Below, piece by piece: positions 12,864 through 25,130 of a stretch of 64,000 nucleotides of DNA (the stretch's first letter is position 1; every line of letters starts with the position of its first letter). Under the pieces are notes generated by a model, which saw only the letters and a list, made by a program, of their open reading frames with translations, was not told the origin of the DNA and did not search any database. Location of the stretch: contig NC_135260.1 in assembly GCF_964204865.1 (NCBI RefSeq), positions 14,260,001 through 14,324,000 on the forward strand, in the 5' to 3' direction. Source of the DNA: Styela clava (taxonomy: Eukaryota). The position numbers and the translations under genes were made by a program.

Positions 12864-15800
12864 CTAAGTCCAATCGATCGCGGTAAGGATGGCCTTGAAC
12901 TCAACGTAAACATCGAATAGCTGTATCGCGCCATCAATCTTAGGAAAATATACTGAATCGAAAATTTCAGAAGAAAATTAAAACGGTGCCAATTTGTAAT
13001 TTTCTTCCTGTTGTTTATCAGGTATGGATCGAACTTTTTACAAGTTTTACGCTTGATATTATTGATATTCACTTAAGGAGCGGATTCAATGTGATAAATC
13101 GTTAAAAAAAATTTGCATCGAGATTGTTGATTACGAACAAAAGTCTATGATTAGTGATGGATGAGTTATCATACAGAGTCAATGCGTTCTGTGAAATTAG
13201 AAATCAGTATATTATTTGATATTTTTATGCTATAATCGCGGGAAGTTTTGACAACTCCTTTCAGCCAAAGTGGCATCATGTAAATTCGCGTAACTGTCGG
13301 ATTTGAACGGCCGAATTTTTTCCGGCACAACACAGCATACCCAACCATTACGGTCTAGTTGAGATTAGATAGTGCAATGCTCTTGACCAGCGTTTGAAAT
13401 AGAGATGTCCAACATCCCATGTGTGGAGATTTGACATAAGCATAAGCAAATTGTGTTTTTAATGAGTTCAGCTCCCAACATGTATCAGCTAACCAAATAA
13501 CAATATATTTACACGGTTTATTATAGTCCGGAAATAACGTTTTTGTAACCCACTTTTGGGAATAATATCAGTGATTGAATATACTAGTATATAGAGTATT
13601 GTTTTCGTGTTATCATATTTCAAAGAACCTCAACCAAAGTTGTCCCCTTTGATAGATTTCCACGTGACGTAACACACCGAATAAATGCCATATATGGTTG
13701 CCTTCTTTTCGATCAAAACTACCTTATGAAAATAGCAAAACTGAACACCCAAACTGCCTTATCCATTCATAAGCGAATCTTGGATTTTTAAATAAATATA
13801 TAATGGCAATAATTATTGTATGCTTCATGGTAAATTATTATCTTAATAAACCGACAAGTACTGTCAGAATGTTGCCTAAGAATGATGTCATCATTTTTCC
13901 AGTATATTCCATCATATCTTCGGGATTGTAATAGGCAATATGTACTAATTAACATGTTTTTACAGATGATTCATTTTTTATTCATATGGGTTCCGTGTAG
14001 CTAGAATTTTATTTTTTCATCGCCCACTCACATCAAAGGTAGTCCACCGTGTCGTACGCTGATCTTTGTGTAATCACGTGATTTGAGTTGACAATGCATA
14101 GCCGAAAACATTTCTCAAAAATGAAAACAACGACAATACGAATGAGATTGTAAAATACAAAACGACGCATACAAAATTGACATTTTGTATTTTCCTTTTA
14201 TTTTTGCCTCAATTTTGTGCGTAAATGTCGGAAATATGACCGCATTTCAAATTGAATCCACTATTGTTTCAATTAAATTTTTCCTGTACAAAAAAACAAA
14301 CAAAACAAAAAAGAATTTCACGTTTGATAGCGAGTCAGATATGCGCCATAAATAAAACGCGCTACCAAACACGTTTTATTGTAAGTTAACAATTAGCATT
14401 CCCTATTTTTCTCTGGCTTGATCGAATTTTTTGTCTACGCCATTAAAAGGCCCCTTTTTGTTCTCACTTAATGCGTCTATTGGGTATCTGAGAAGCAATC
14501 TTTGTCTGCAAGTTAGCCTGTACATCCTATACTCAAATGATAGACGGGTATTGATTACATTACATAAAATGATACTTTTCACCTGTACCCTTTCAAGTTT
14601 GTCTGTCGCCCGAAAGTATCACAGTTCTGAACGGTCTTAACAGGATATCGCATTCTTCAATTAGCCTGAGAAAAGCTATTTTTGATTTTGTACACGTTTG
14701 GGCGAAACGACAGTTAAAAATCGATTGCGAGCTAAATTCGCCTGACAAAGAAATTTTACTTTTAAATCGCAATCGTTGCTCAGCTTTCCCGTGTGAATAA
14801 CAAGAACATGGAAATTAAGGATATGATAATTTCCATTCAGACACATGTCTCAACTGAACTTTTACTACAGATCGAAACCAATTTCAAATTATCAGATTAA
14901 TTTGCTTTTTCGACCGGATTTTCTCTTTCGGTTTTTGGAATTGAATTTTATGCAAACAAAATGGTTTCTGGTTCGGAACTGGGTGATGATCTTTAACAGT
15001 TATAAATTCTTATTAACCTCTAAACTTATTCCAGAAATCTACCAGGTTCAAGACTAGACAGCATGAGCTTAACGGAAAATACCATTTTCCTAGACATAAA
15101 ATTTATAGTGACTATATTTAATTTCGCATTATCAATCACAATAACGACAATCTTATTAGGGACAGAATATTTCGCATCCTGTCAGAATTTCTCGGCCATG
15201 AACAACAAACTATCTGCCCCAAACCCCTGACACCAACAAAAATGCTTTTTCTTTTTGGAATAAACGGAATTTGATTTACAGTTTCAAAATATCAACTTAT
15301 GATCAATAAAGATTAAAAACGAATAATAAAAATAATAACGATCGGAAATAATAAAAAAAAAACATTTAAATGTCGCATAAGTTGAAAAGAAAAATTAGCA
15401 TAATAATTAAAATAAGCAAAACGAGAATTCTAGCGTTAAAACTATAATATTAAATCAATAAATTTATCAAATAACTAATAATATTTTCAAATACTTCAAT
15501 TTCACACCATTTTTCTGTGAGTGATTTTGGACTAGCAAGAGTCAGAATAAATCATTTATGATGAAGCTTGATTCATAGATGCATTCTACTCGAAGTTCGA
15601 AACTTCAATCAATTACCCTGACTGTCCAACTGAGTGATAAATTCGTCGGCAGAACAGAAAAATTGATTTTGTAATTTACCACCTGTTGGGGCGAGAACAT
15701 ATAAATGAAACACACGTATGGCCAATACATGAAAGTTTTTTGGTTATGATACATTTATCCATGGTTCATACTCGAGAAAAATCTGCCATCAATCTGTCGG

Positions 15801-16678
15801 GACGAAGGGCAGCGAATCAAATCTGATCAACTTTGCATGAACAACAAAATCGTTTAAAACGAAACAACATATACGTCCCAAACTTGGACAAGGATGGTTT
15901 GTGAAACATTTCACCTTGCATAATTATAAGTTTAAACAAATAACAGAAGGCAACTGTCGACTAGCGACTTTTATATATAATTATGGAACAATGCCGTATG
16001 GGAGATGCCCCACTGGGACCTTCAAATCATTATTATGTATAAGTTACAATTCAAACGAGCTGGTAACGGGGTTTTGAAACATATAGGTAAAACAATTTCT
16101 GTTAGTATAAGTAATAAGAATACAATAACAATGAACCTCGCTTCTCGATAAGTATATAAATACTTCTGACGTGAGAAATTTCATGATGGAATTTAGAAAT
16201 TTGAATATTTTTTGTTATTTACAAAAATTAAAAAATCAAAATAATGTATTTGAAATATCAATTGACTGTAACAAGTTCATATTCAAATTGTCTTCAGTTG
16301 GAGAAGTTGAAAAATCAAGTTGGTAAAAAGTATTGATTAATGAATTCATTTTAGCATGAATATGAAATATTTGTTTAGTTTGGGTTAACGTAATACGAGA
16401 ATATTAAACATATTATGTTACCGCCCCCTCAGCTCTATTGTAAATTGGTTATGGTGAAAAAGTAAATTGTCTAATAGGTAGTTGATATAGTCATGTATGT
16501 CTCTGCCCGGAGTCCCATTTCCCACTACAGATTCTACTCCTCTTTGTACACGAGCTCTGCTCGTTCTTTAGTCGGGCTTTTACGCAACGTTTGGCGACTT
16601 TGTCGCAATTGCGTTATCTTCACAGATGCTTCAATTTCGTCGAACGAATAACATACTGTTCATATTGCTTCATGATGT

Positions 16679-18760
16679 TCATACTGCTTCGTATGTCCTC
16701 ACGGATTCGTAACCGTTTGAAGTCGGTGTTTGTCTTTCATATCGAGGTGGTTGGTGATGCCTTGCGTGGTGGTGGTGATTTGACGGCGCTGCTTGTTCGT
16801 CGTGACTTCGCAAAGAGCCGTTTGTCGTATTTGTTCTCGTATGAGTTGTTGATATGGTGTCGTCATGACAGTCGCTACAATAACTTTCACACGTTTCCGG
16901 CGAAGGTATATGTAACAAATTGTGGTTCGAGCTCGCGTTTACCATCAAAGTCACGTCAAACTCTTTTCCCGCATCTTGTGTTGATGACAGGTAGCCTTCG
17001 CGGAAGTTTGATATATTCACGCCTCCAACAATCGCTGAGTCGTACATCCTATCGTTTCGCGAATCGGAACGAGGCATAGCGTAAATTTGCCGGAACGGAT
17101 CATAGGTCATTTGTGCTGTTTCTCTGCGACCATGTTTCCATTTGTACTTTTTTGCGTTTAATCTCTGACAATATATCACCAATACAATGGCTGCTGTAAT
17201 CAAAATGGCGAGAATTGCTATCAAAACAGCAAGCCAAATTGGAATGAAAACCTCGTTCTCTTGAATAGGGGATGCGGTGGTTGATTTCTCTTCCGTGGTT
17301 TTGACGAAATCACAATCGCTTATCGTCAATTCTGAAATGTCTTTGTATGACCCAAGAAGGCATATTATGTAGAGGCGCCCAGGTTTTCTGTTTGTGATAT
17401 CGACTCTAGCTATTCCTCTGTCAATGTCCTTGTAATCTGTTGGGAATAGATCGTAAGATTTGACAATGGACGATACGTAAGTGTATTCCTGCCGTTCGGC
17501 GATGTCAATAATTTCCTGCTGTGAACAATTTTCACATTTCGGTTCTCCACAAAACGCGTTGTATTCGACATAGTCGGGATTACTGGTGTCTGATATCAAC
17601 CACGAGAGCGTGAAAGCTTTCGGAGAGATTGATATATTGTATTTCGGCACTTGCTTTGATGAGCATGTCAAACTCTCATGGTCTAAACTCCGCAATGTGA
17701 CCCCTTGGAAGGCGTTTGGTGTGAAGCATATTGTGTTGCTATCCATTGTCATGAGAGCTGGGGTCTCCGTTAGCCAAGTTTTAAGATACTTGAGGTGGCA
17801 ATCACACTGCCATGGATTGTCGTGCAAAATTACAGTTTTCAGAGAAATTAAGCTTGAAAACGAACCCGGTTCGACGCTCTGTAGTCGGTTGAATGATAAG
17901 TCTAGATGTTCCAAAAATGTTAAACTAGCTAACGACATGGATCTTTCTTGACCGAGTGGTGGAGCATTAATTGACTTCACAAGGTTGTGCGAAGCAAACA
18001 ACTGGGTCAAATTTCCTGGCAACCCCGCTGGTAAGAAAGTTAAACGGTTGTGGCTCAAGTCAAGATATTGCAACTCAATGAGAGAACTCAGAGCGTCATT
18101 TTCAAATGATGTTGAATTAAGCAAATTATTATTCAAATCCAAGCTCATAACGCGGCCGAGATGTTGAACTGCATTTTTCGGCACAGTGTTAATTAGGTTA
18201 TGTCCAAAATGTGCATAGCGAATTCCAGCCGGAAGTCCCTGCGGAACGGATGTTAGCCTGTTCCATTTTAAGCTTATCGTATGCAAATTACTTGCTCCAG
18301 TAAAAGCGGACGGAGATAAGCCTTGGTTTGTTATTGAATTATTATCCAAATACAGAATTTTCAACATGTTTAAACCTTCTAATGATTGACTTCCAATGTA
18401 CTTGATATCGTTGTCTTTCATTGATATCCATGTCAACGACCTTGGTAGATTTCTGGGGAATGACGTCAAGCTGTTGTTTGACAATTCCAACTTTTCTAGC
18501 GACGACAGAGAACTCAAAATATTATCCAAATCTGGATCGTTTAATAACTGATTATTTTGCAGTAAAAGTCTCTTTGTGTCTAACGGTATTCCGAGGGGAA
18601 GTTTTGATAATTTCTTATTCATACAATAGACTGTTTTTCTTGATGAATCGCACCGGCATCTCGGCGGGCACACAGTTGAACTGGAAACGGCATTATCCAA
18701 GAAACAGGTTACTAAAACAACGACGACAAAAGCCACAGACACTTGTAACGTAGTGGCCAT
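16679..18760 (-). CDS. FLRT: Fibronectin leucine-rich transmembrane protein (FLRT family), 693 aa, intronless CDS
   Basis: Signal peptide, LRRNT (CPPRCRCDS...VYC...LPLGIP), 10 LRRs with the FLRT short/long alternation (FPRNLP, VPQGLP, LPAGLP), LRRCT (NPWQCDCHL...C...C), FN3-like domain (ISPKAFTLSW...ITNRKPGRLYIICL), single TM helix, cytoplasmic tail. An intronless CDS is typical of FLRT genes. Confidence 0.9.
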   Translation of the reverse strand: MATTLQVSVAFVVVVLVTCFLDNAVSSSTVCPPRCRCDSSRKTVYCMNKKLSKLPLGIPLDTKRLLLQNNQLLNDPDLDNILSSLSSLEKLELSNNSLTSFPRNLPRSLTWISMKDNDIKYIGSQSLEGLNMLKILYLDNNSITNQGLSPSAFTGASNLHTISLKWNRLTSVPQGLPAGIRYAHFGHNLINTVPKNAVQHLGRVMSLDLNNNLLNSTSFENDALSSLIELQYLDLSHNRLTFLPAGLPGNLTQLFASHNLVKSINAPPLGQERSMSLASLTFLEHLDLSFNRLQSVEPGSFSSLISLKTVILHDNPWQCDCHLKYLKTWLTETPALMTMDSNTICFTPNAFQGVTLRSLDHESLTCSSKQVPKYNISISPKAFTLSWLISDTSNPDYVEYNAFCGEPKCENCSQQEIIDIAERQEYTYVSSIVKSYDLFPTDYKDIDRGIARVDITNRKPGRLYIICLLGSYKDISELTISDCDFVKTTEEKSTTASPIQENEVFIPIWLAVLIAILAILITAAIVLVIYCQRLNAKKYKWKHGRRETAQMTYDPFRQIYAMPRSDSRNDRMYDSAIVGGVNISNFREGYLSSTQDAGKEFDVTLMVNASSNHNLLHIPSPETCESYCSDCHDDTISTTHTRTNTTNGSLRSHDEQAAPSNHHHHARHHQPPRYERQTPTSNGYESVRTYEAV

Positions 18761-18798
18761 TATAATACTTTATTATTTTATGTTATGTTAGCTATCGC

Positions 18799-18820
18799 CT
18801 GTTAATTACAAAATAAACAA
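18799..18820 (-). other. Splice (or SL trans-splice) acceptor 38 nt upstream of the FLRT ATG
   Basis: Minus strand reads GTTTATTTTGTAATTAACAG|GCGATAGC...ATG. Confidence 0.6.
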
Positions 18821-21800
18821 TTCCATTATGGTGACTGCCTAATACGGCTTACAAAAATCGCGGAAATCCAGACACCAAATCCAATTACGCTCGCTAGGAG
18901 TAATGTTCGGACCGCCTTCCTCCATTAGCACTACCATGTCAGAACCGTCTGACTGCCTCTCAGGTTACATTAGCGAGTTGTGGTTTGTTCGGTAAAAACA
19001 AACATTAACTATTCCACCCCTGTGTTCATTAAAGTATGTATAGATTTCTATCTACTAAGATTCCCATAGGTGCTTTTTAAAAATCAATGTCATAATAAGC
19101 AAATAGAATCAGGTGCAATTTTGATCGATGTGAAATAACTGATGAAAGTCTGAATTCTATCTACAGATCTTTTGACACGAGAGATTACGGATGGGTCATT
19201 TGTGGCCCCTGTAAACCACATAGCTGTCATACAGCATGGAATGACTAAATATGAATTCCAACCAAAAATGTACATACATGAGGGTGCCGTAAAAATCCCT
19301 ACTATACAAAGTTACAACCAACTCTTATGCCGACCTTATATTGCAAGCTACCTAATCTAAAATATTGTACTAAAATATCAATATGGATCGATTTATCAAT
19401 AAGGTCTTATAAGGCCGGTCATAATCCGATTTATGTATAAGAACAATATGACATCCTCAAGGACCAAGGTTGTTGGAATTTTTAAATGGAATTAATTATA
19501 ATTTATTTGGATCTCCGCGTATAGAAATTAAAAAATACATGCTTTTCTTTGTAAAAGAAAACCGTGATAAATGAAAAATACGTCATCGAATATCTCATAA
19601 GCAACAAAAAACGCGAAGATACTAATCAGTATGTGGGTGGCAATCCGACTAAAATGTGGGGTCTGACTGAATCTAGGTTTCCGAATGGGTCATTATTCTC
19701 GGAGAATTCTTTATGCGCCAAATGTAAATTTTGTCACAAATTTATCCAACCCAATCGTCTATTTTGATGTTTAGTGAGCATCCCATTCGACTTTTATCTT
19801 AGATTCTTTTATATTCAAGTAACGGACAGCTTGAACCGCATAAAAATTGATGTAATATGATATATTATACCAAGTATGCTATATCGCTCTTTTTTCTACA
19901 GTACAATATTCTAAATCGCGCTTTACAGAATAAACTTCCAAATAACTTTTGCCAAGACTATTTTAGGAGAATACATGGTAAATTTAATTGTAAGCTAACA
20001 ACTACGTTATCTATCATAGGCGAGAATATACTGACATTTTTGCACGTGAGAAAACTGAGTACAAATTTTGCCTATGTTGTATTCAATTTCTCCCCTTCAC
20101 CGCGAAGTATAATTTTACCGCAGCGAAATATTGATATCTAGTACCGAACATTGGCATTGTAACAGCGCTAAAATATCATATAACATGTTGGATGACCTGG
20201 CGGTCAGCGTAATCCAACACTTTTATTTACGCATCTATTGTATATCTGCATGCTAATTTAAGAATGCGAGTAACCTACACTGCTCTCACAATCTGATTTT
20301 TACGATAGCTCATCATAGCTTATACAACCTACAAAATTATAGTTTGTCAACATGATATTAAGTCATTGAGATCCAATCATATCCAGTCTGATACTTAGTT
20401 CGTCAAGTATGGAATGTGGATGGAGCGTTGCTCAAAACTGTGGTCCATTCATAACCTACAATTAAAGATCTCATAGGCTAACCACTGATGTTTAGAAAGA
20501 CACGAATATGTTTGTACACACGACTATTAAAATCGTCGTGAACATTCGATCCCAATATTTCTTACCGTAATAAGTATTTACAAGTTGTAAACCGCTTTCA
20601 TAACGTAAGACATTCTAAACTTATGACTGCACTACTCTGGGAATTATTGCTGACCAAATGACCACTCTGTTCAAAGTACATAATTACTGAATACTAAGTT
20701 AAGCTGTGCTGACAAGCATATATACTATAACTACGACAAAGCGCGGCGAGAAACAATCGGGTTTCCTCAATCCCCTATGATGATTAAAGCTCTAGCGGAC
20801 TTCTTTATTTGTCTTTCCCGTCGCTCGTCGTCAACTTTTTTCTCTCGCTCGTTCCTTCGAAAGTTTGTTAAAGGGATGCGTTACTTTCATTTTAATACGC
20901 ACCAGCAACGCATGGCGCTATAATACAAACAACACACGGTTGTTTATCTCCGTAATTTTATGTCTGTCTTTGGTTTATTAAATTCAGGCTCACGACAAAT
21001 TATGTTACCAGTTAACTCGCCGCTTTCATTTTGAAAAGACAATGGACAGCATCCTCCTCGGTTGCAAAGTACTGATATGACTATTTATCGAGGTAAATCG
21101 CTAATTATATTTACTATTATTGGTCGGCAATATAAATAAATCTCCCTATTTAATTCATTTTGATGCTCTCTCTACTAATCACCATTGCAATTACAAAAAC
21201 CGAAGCATTCACCATATGTCAAGACGCAAATCTAGTGACATCGAACTACCCTTCTATTCTAACGGTAGATTAATTTCTGATTATCCCTTTCACGCGCTTA
21301 CTTAGTTTTATTCAGCACTATTTCTACATCTGTCGTCCCCGCCCTACAATCATGCCCCAAGTATTAATTAACGCATCCGCGAAAGTGAAAAGTTGCATTT
21401 GGCTTTCATATTCGCCTTTCGGAACTTATTAGCGCAGGCGTAATACGCGCGAAGATGAAAGACTGTTTTGCTTCAGTAACTAACCATCGCCTTTGCCGCG
21501 ATTTATAAAATTTAGAGATAATGACGGCCTTCGAATACGAAAAGATTCCTCGTCAAAGCGCATGACGTATCGGGGATAAAGTAAATAATATAGAACGGAT
21601 CCTTTCGCTAAGGATTACATTGTCCATTAATTAAGACGATTTTCCCACACAGTTTTTTGGTAACATTGCACGATAATCATATTCCATGAAACACGGATGA
21701 CAATACAACAGTATTTTATTGCACCAATCAACATTTTTTGCTTTGAGATTTAATAATAAGCCTTTCAGGTCCTGCTTTATGTCGTCCGCCCTCTTTTCTG

Positions 21801-24729
21801 ACCACAAAATATTGAATATCTATAGATGGCAAAGCTTCCGTATTCGTTTACTATTAACTGTTTGGCGAGATAAGCTTAATCCCCCATATCGCGAACAGGC
21901 AGGGCTATCACATGCCCATAATCCCTTGATGGAAACGGTTAACGTTGAAATAAAATAAACTGTCAGCCATGAAAGAATATTTTCAGCACATTATGAAAAC
22001 TCAATAGATGCCAGACTCTGTTGACATTGCCATCGTATTGGATCATAGACTGGGTAGAGCTTGAGTCATCGACGTATTTTCATCGGGGCGTGTCATCGCT
22101 TACACAAATTCAGTCTAACATGGGTACACTTGTCCGACACTCTAACTAAATATGAAATCAGACCCATTGAGAAACGGATTATCATGAACTCAAGGAATAG
22201 CATCTCGAAAACAAATAAATTAAAAAATTCAACAAGTATCGTATTGTGACGCGTGGACTCAACTTTTTTTTGGTAAAATATGTTATTCCAAATAGGGGTT
22301 TATCATTCAAACGTATTTCCATACTTTAATTTAACGCTAACAAATAAAATAATTTATTCCATTTCTTCAATCTATTATAAGTTTAAAACAATATATATTT
22401 ATAATACATAGCTGAACTATTTCTATCTTTTTTATTAAAAGAATAATATTACTAAACATTACATTCAATATATCTAATTCCTCAATTTACCTAATCGTTC
22501 GCTGGTATCAACATGTCACGTCCTTTCGCTCACAAGCCTTCTAACTTGCGTAGTTTATCTATTCATAAATTTTAATACAAAACTTCATACCCCATAAAGA
22601 TAAATCACGTACCGCAAGGCATCACCCAGGCAATGATTCTTTGTACTTAATGGTTATGATTTCTTTGTTGCGCACCGAAACCCGTCATCATTTTTCAATT
22701 TCGACTCAATCCGCCAAAAATGTCACGCTAATAGCAGACTATGCTTCACCGCGCCCTGGCCTCGGCAACTATTCTACTATTATGTGTACAGACTCGACGA
22801 TACATCTTCCCATATGCATACAAAATTGCCCCAGTGAAATTTCCAACTCCCTTTCGCCTGTCTGCCATTGTCGGTCATTCATGAATCAAAAACGATTTTT
22901 TAAATTTCCTGTTGTTTAAATTTGGCCAGTGTTCAGTTGGGGAAAAACTCACGGGCTAAGTTACCATATTACATGCGGGTTCATTTTCGGGAAATACGAT
23001 CCGTGACGATTTAATTTCATCTCTTTTGGTCTAATTTATGCCTTCCTTTGGAGAAATATTTTAAAAAAAGTTTTTCCGCTTTTCTATATATTACGATACA
23101 AAATTCAGAACCATGGTGTAATATATTTTTCAAAAATACCTTCATAAGGGGCACTGCGGGTGTACTAAAAGGCAACTAAACAAACACTTCAAGGCAATAT
23201 CAGTAGGCTAACTATGACATGAAATCTCCGATACTTCATACGGGAAGAGAGCGCAGACGCGCTCGAAACAATATAATCGATGTGATGCGCATAATGAACC
23301 GGAACTAAAGGCGCGAAATTTATATTTTATTAAATTTAAAAATTTTACATCCTACTTAAATAAACAAAGATGTACGGTAACATACTAAACTAAATAAATT
23401 TTAAATTAAAAGGATAAAAGCAAGCGTATCACCTTGTTAACGATACAAGTTATAAATGTAGTTAGATAACACAAATGTTACTAAAACCGTTTCCGCACCG
23501 CAGCTGTTTCCCGTTTAAACCTTCACATTTTTATGTTTAGCCATCAAAAATGAAAGACATTTTAACATGGCTGACCAAACATAAGATGGATAAAAATTGC
23601 GACTGCATGATTCTTTATTTTTGCAAGCAATTTTGTTCATTTATCCTGGCTTACGATATCGCTCGCTGTATTTTTACTTGCGACGATAGGTCTGATCTCA
23701 AACAGTCGCATCTGGTCACCGCGTTAAAATAATAAACACGCTTCCACATCAAAATTCAAAATCCAAATTTCCCAATTTAATATAGCGTTATTTATTTGTT
23801 CACAGATGCTTCATGGAATGCGTAAGACTATAATAATACTCATAATGATTTTCATGGAATGTTTCCACCGATATTAAAAGTTAAAATCGCGGTTTACGCT
23901 GAATGTTTCCTGCCGATGGGTTTATAGCGGTCAAGTACTTTTGAAATTCCTTCCGACTATTATTTGAAAAATAAGAAACGAATGAAGATAATATAATAGC
24001 GCAAACACGAGTTTATATCAAAATTCATATTTTTTTTTAGCATGTGACAGACCGTGGACAAGTAGCCAAGGATATATGTGGCTAAAAAAAAGTATGTCAG
24101 GTTAGAATATCATAACCAATCAATCAGTTGAATGAATCCAATTCGTTCAAACTTTTGGTTTTATTGAATTAATTAATCTCATCCATTGGTGTAATAAATT
24201 ATGCAAGCCATGACGAATCGAAAATATTTCTATTTTCTCAAAAGTAGTAAGTGGATGCTTGTTTGGAGCCTAATATGGTAACGAAATGTGAAAATGTATT
24301 TTCCGGAAGAACAAGATGAAACCACCCCGCTATCAATAGAACATAACATAGTTCACACGCGAATAACGATGCTTTCTTTCAAAATTCAGAGGCTCAAAAA
24401 TCGATATTAAACGGACATAGTAATCGTATAATGCTCAGTCAATGCGCGAACGCTACGGATATTTTACTTCATAAGTTATAACATGACTAAATCCTTTATT
24501 ACTACTGCGTAACAAGTGAACCTGGCCTTCTGCGAATCTAGCAATCATCTTTAATTACTATGCAGATAGAAATTTACATGTCCGCTTTGAAGATCGCCTT
24601 TACTTTTATTACATTGCTTGTTGGTTGTATTTTGCTTTATAATCTTCCAATTCGACGTCACTAAGTTTGTACTCGTGATTTTCAAAATGGAAGCCGGTAA
24701 TTAAAATTTTTATAACATCGCCTTGAGGT

Positions 24730-25130
24730 GATGGTTTAAACTCGTAAAGTACGGGGTTACTTCAGAAGGTTTCTTTGCAGTCAGAAATACGCTAGAACAA
24801 GTTTGAAGTAACTTTGATCAAGCTGCAAACTTACCTGAAGCTTAATTTTCGAAGTGGGTGGCGGATGAACAGACCAAGTGTACGTTTGAATAAATTCTCG
24901 CTTTGCCGCGTAAAAGTTGGTATTTACAAGCATTATTCATGGATGAGCAACACCTTGCTTGATCGTTCCATCCAAGCATTATCTTCGGCCTATTATATGA
25001 ACAAATATTCCTTTATGGGGTAGCGATGGCAATCAAAACACGTTCTTGGCACGCAGCCTCCGATGTATTTTTATTTACATCGAGTTGTTATTGAATGCAT
25101 TCAGTGTTGACATCGCAATACCGAAACCGA
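24730..25130 (+). mobile_element. Highly decayed ISL2EU/Harbinger-group transposase relic
   Basis: Fragments in expected order across stops and frameshifts: STGL, FE*ILAL, QHLA*SF, QIFL, PPMYF..HRVVIEC, resembling YTGL / EQxLL / DLAYRF / IFxxW / MP..F..RVIIDCTE of HTH_Tnp_4 plus DDE_Tnp_4 proteins. Confidence 0.3.

Noticed and set aside
16591-17079. 162-aa plus-strand ORF (and others at 17586, 17985, 18421)
   Set aside because: Antisense shadows of the FLRT CDS with no independent motifs.
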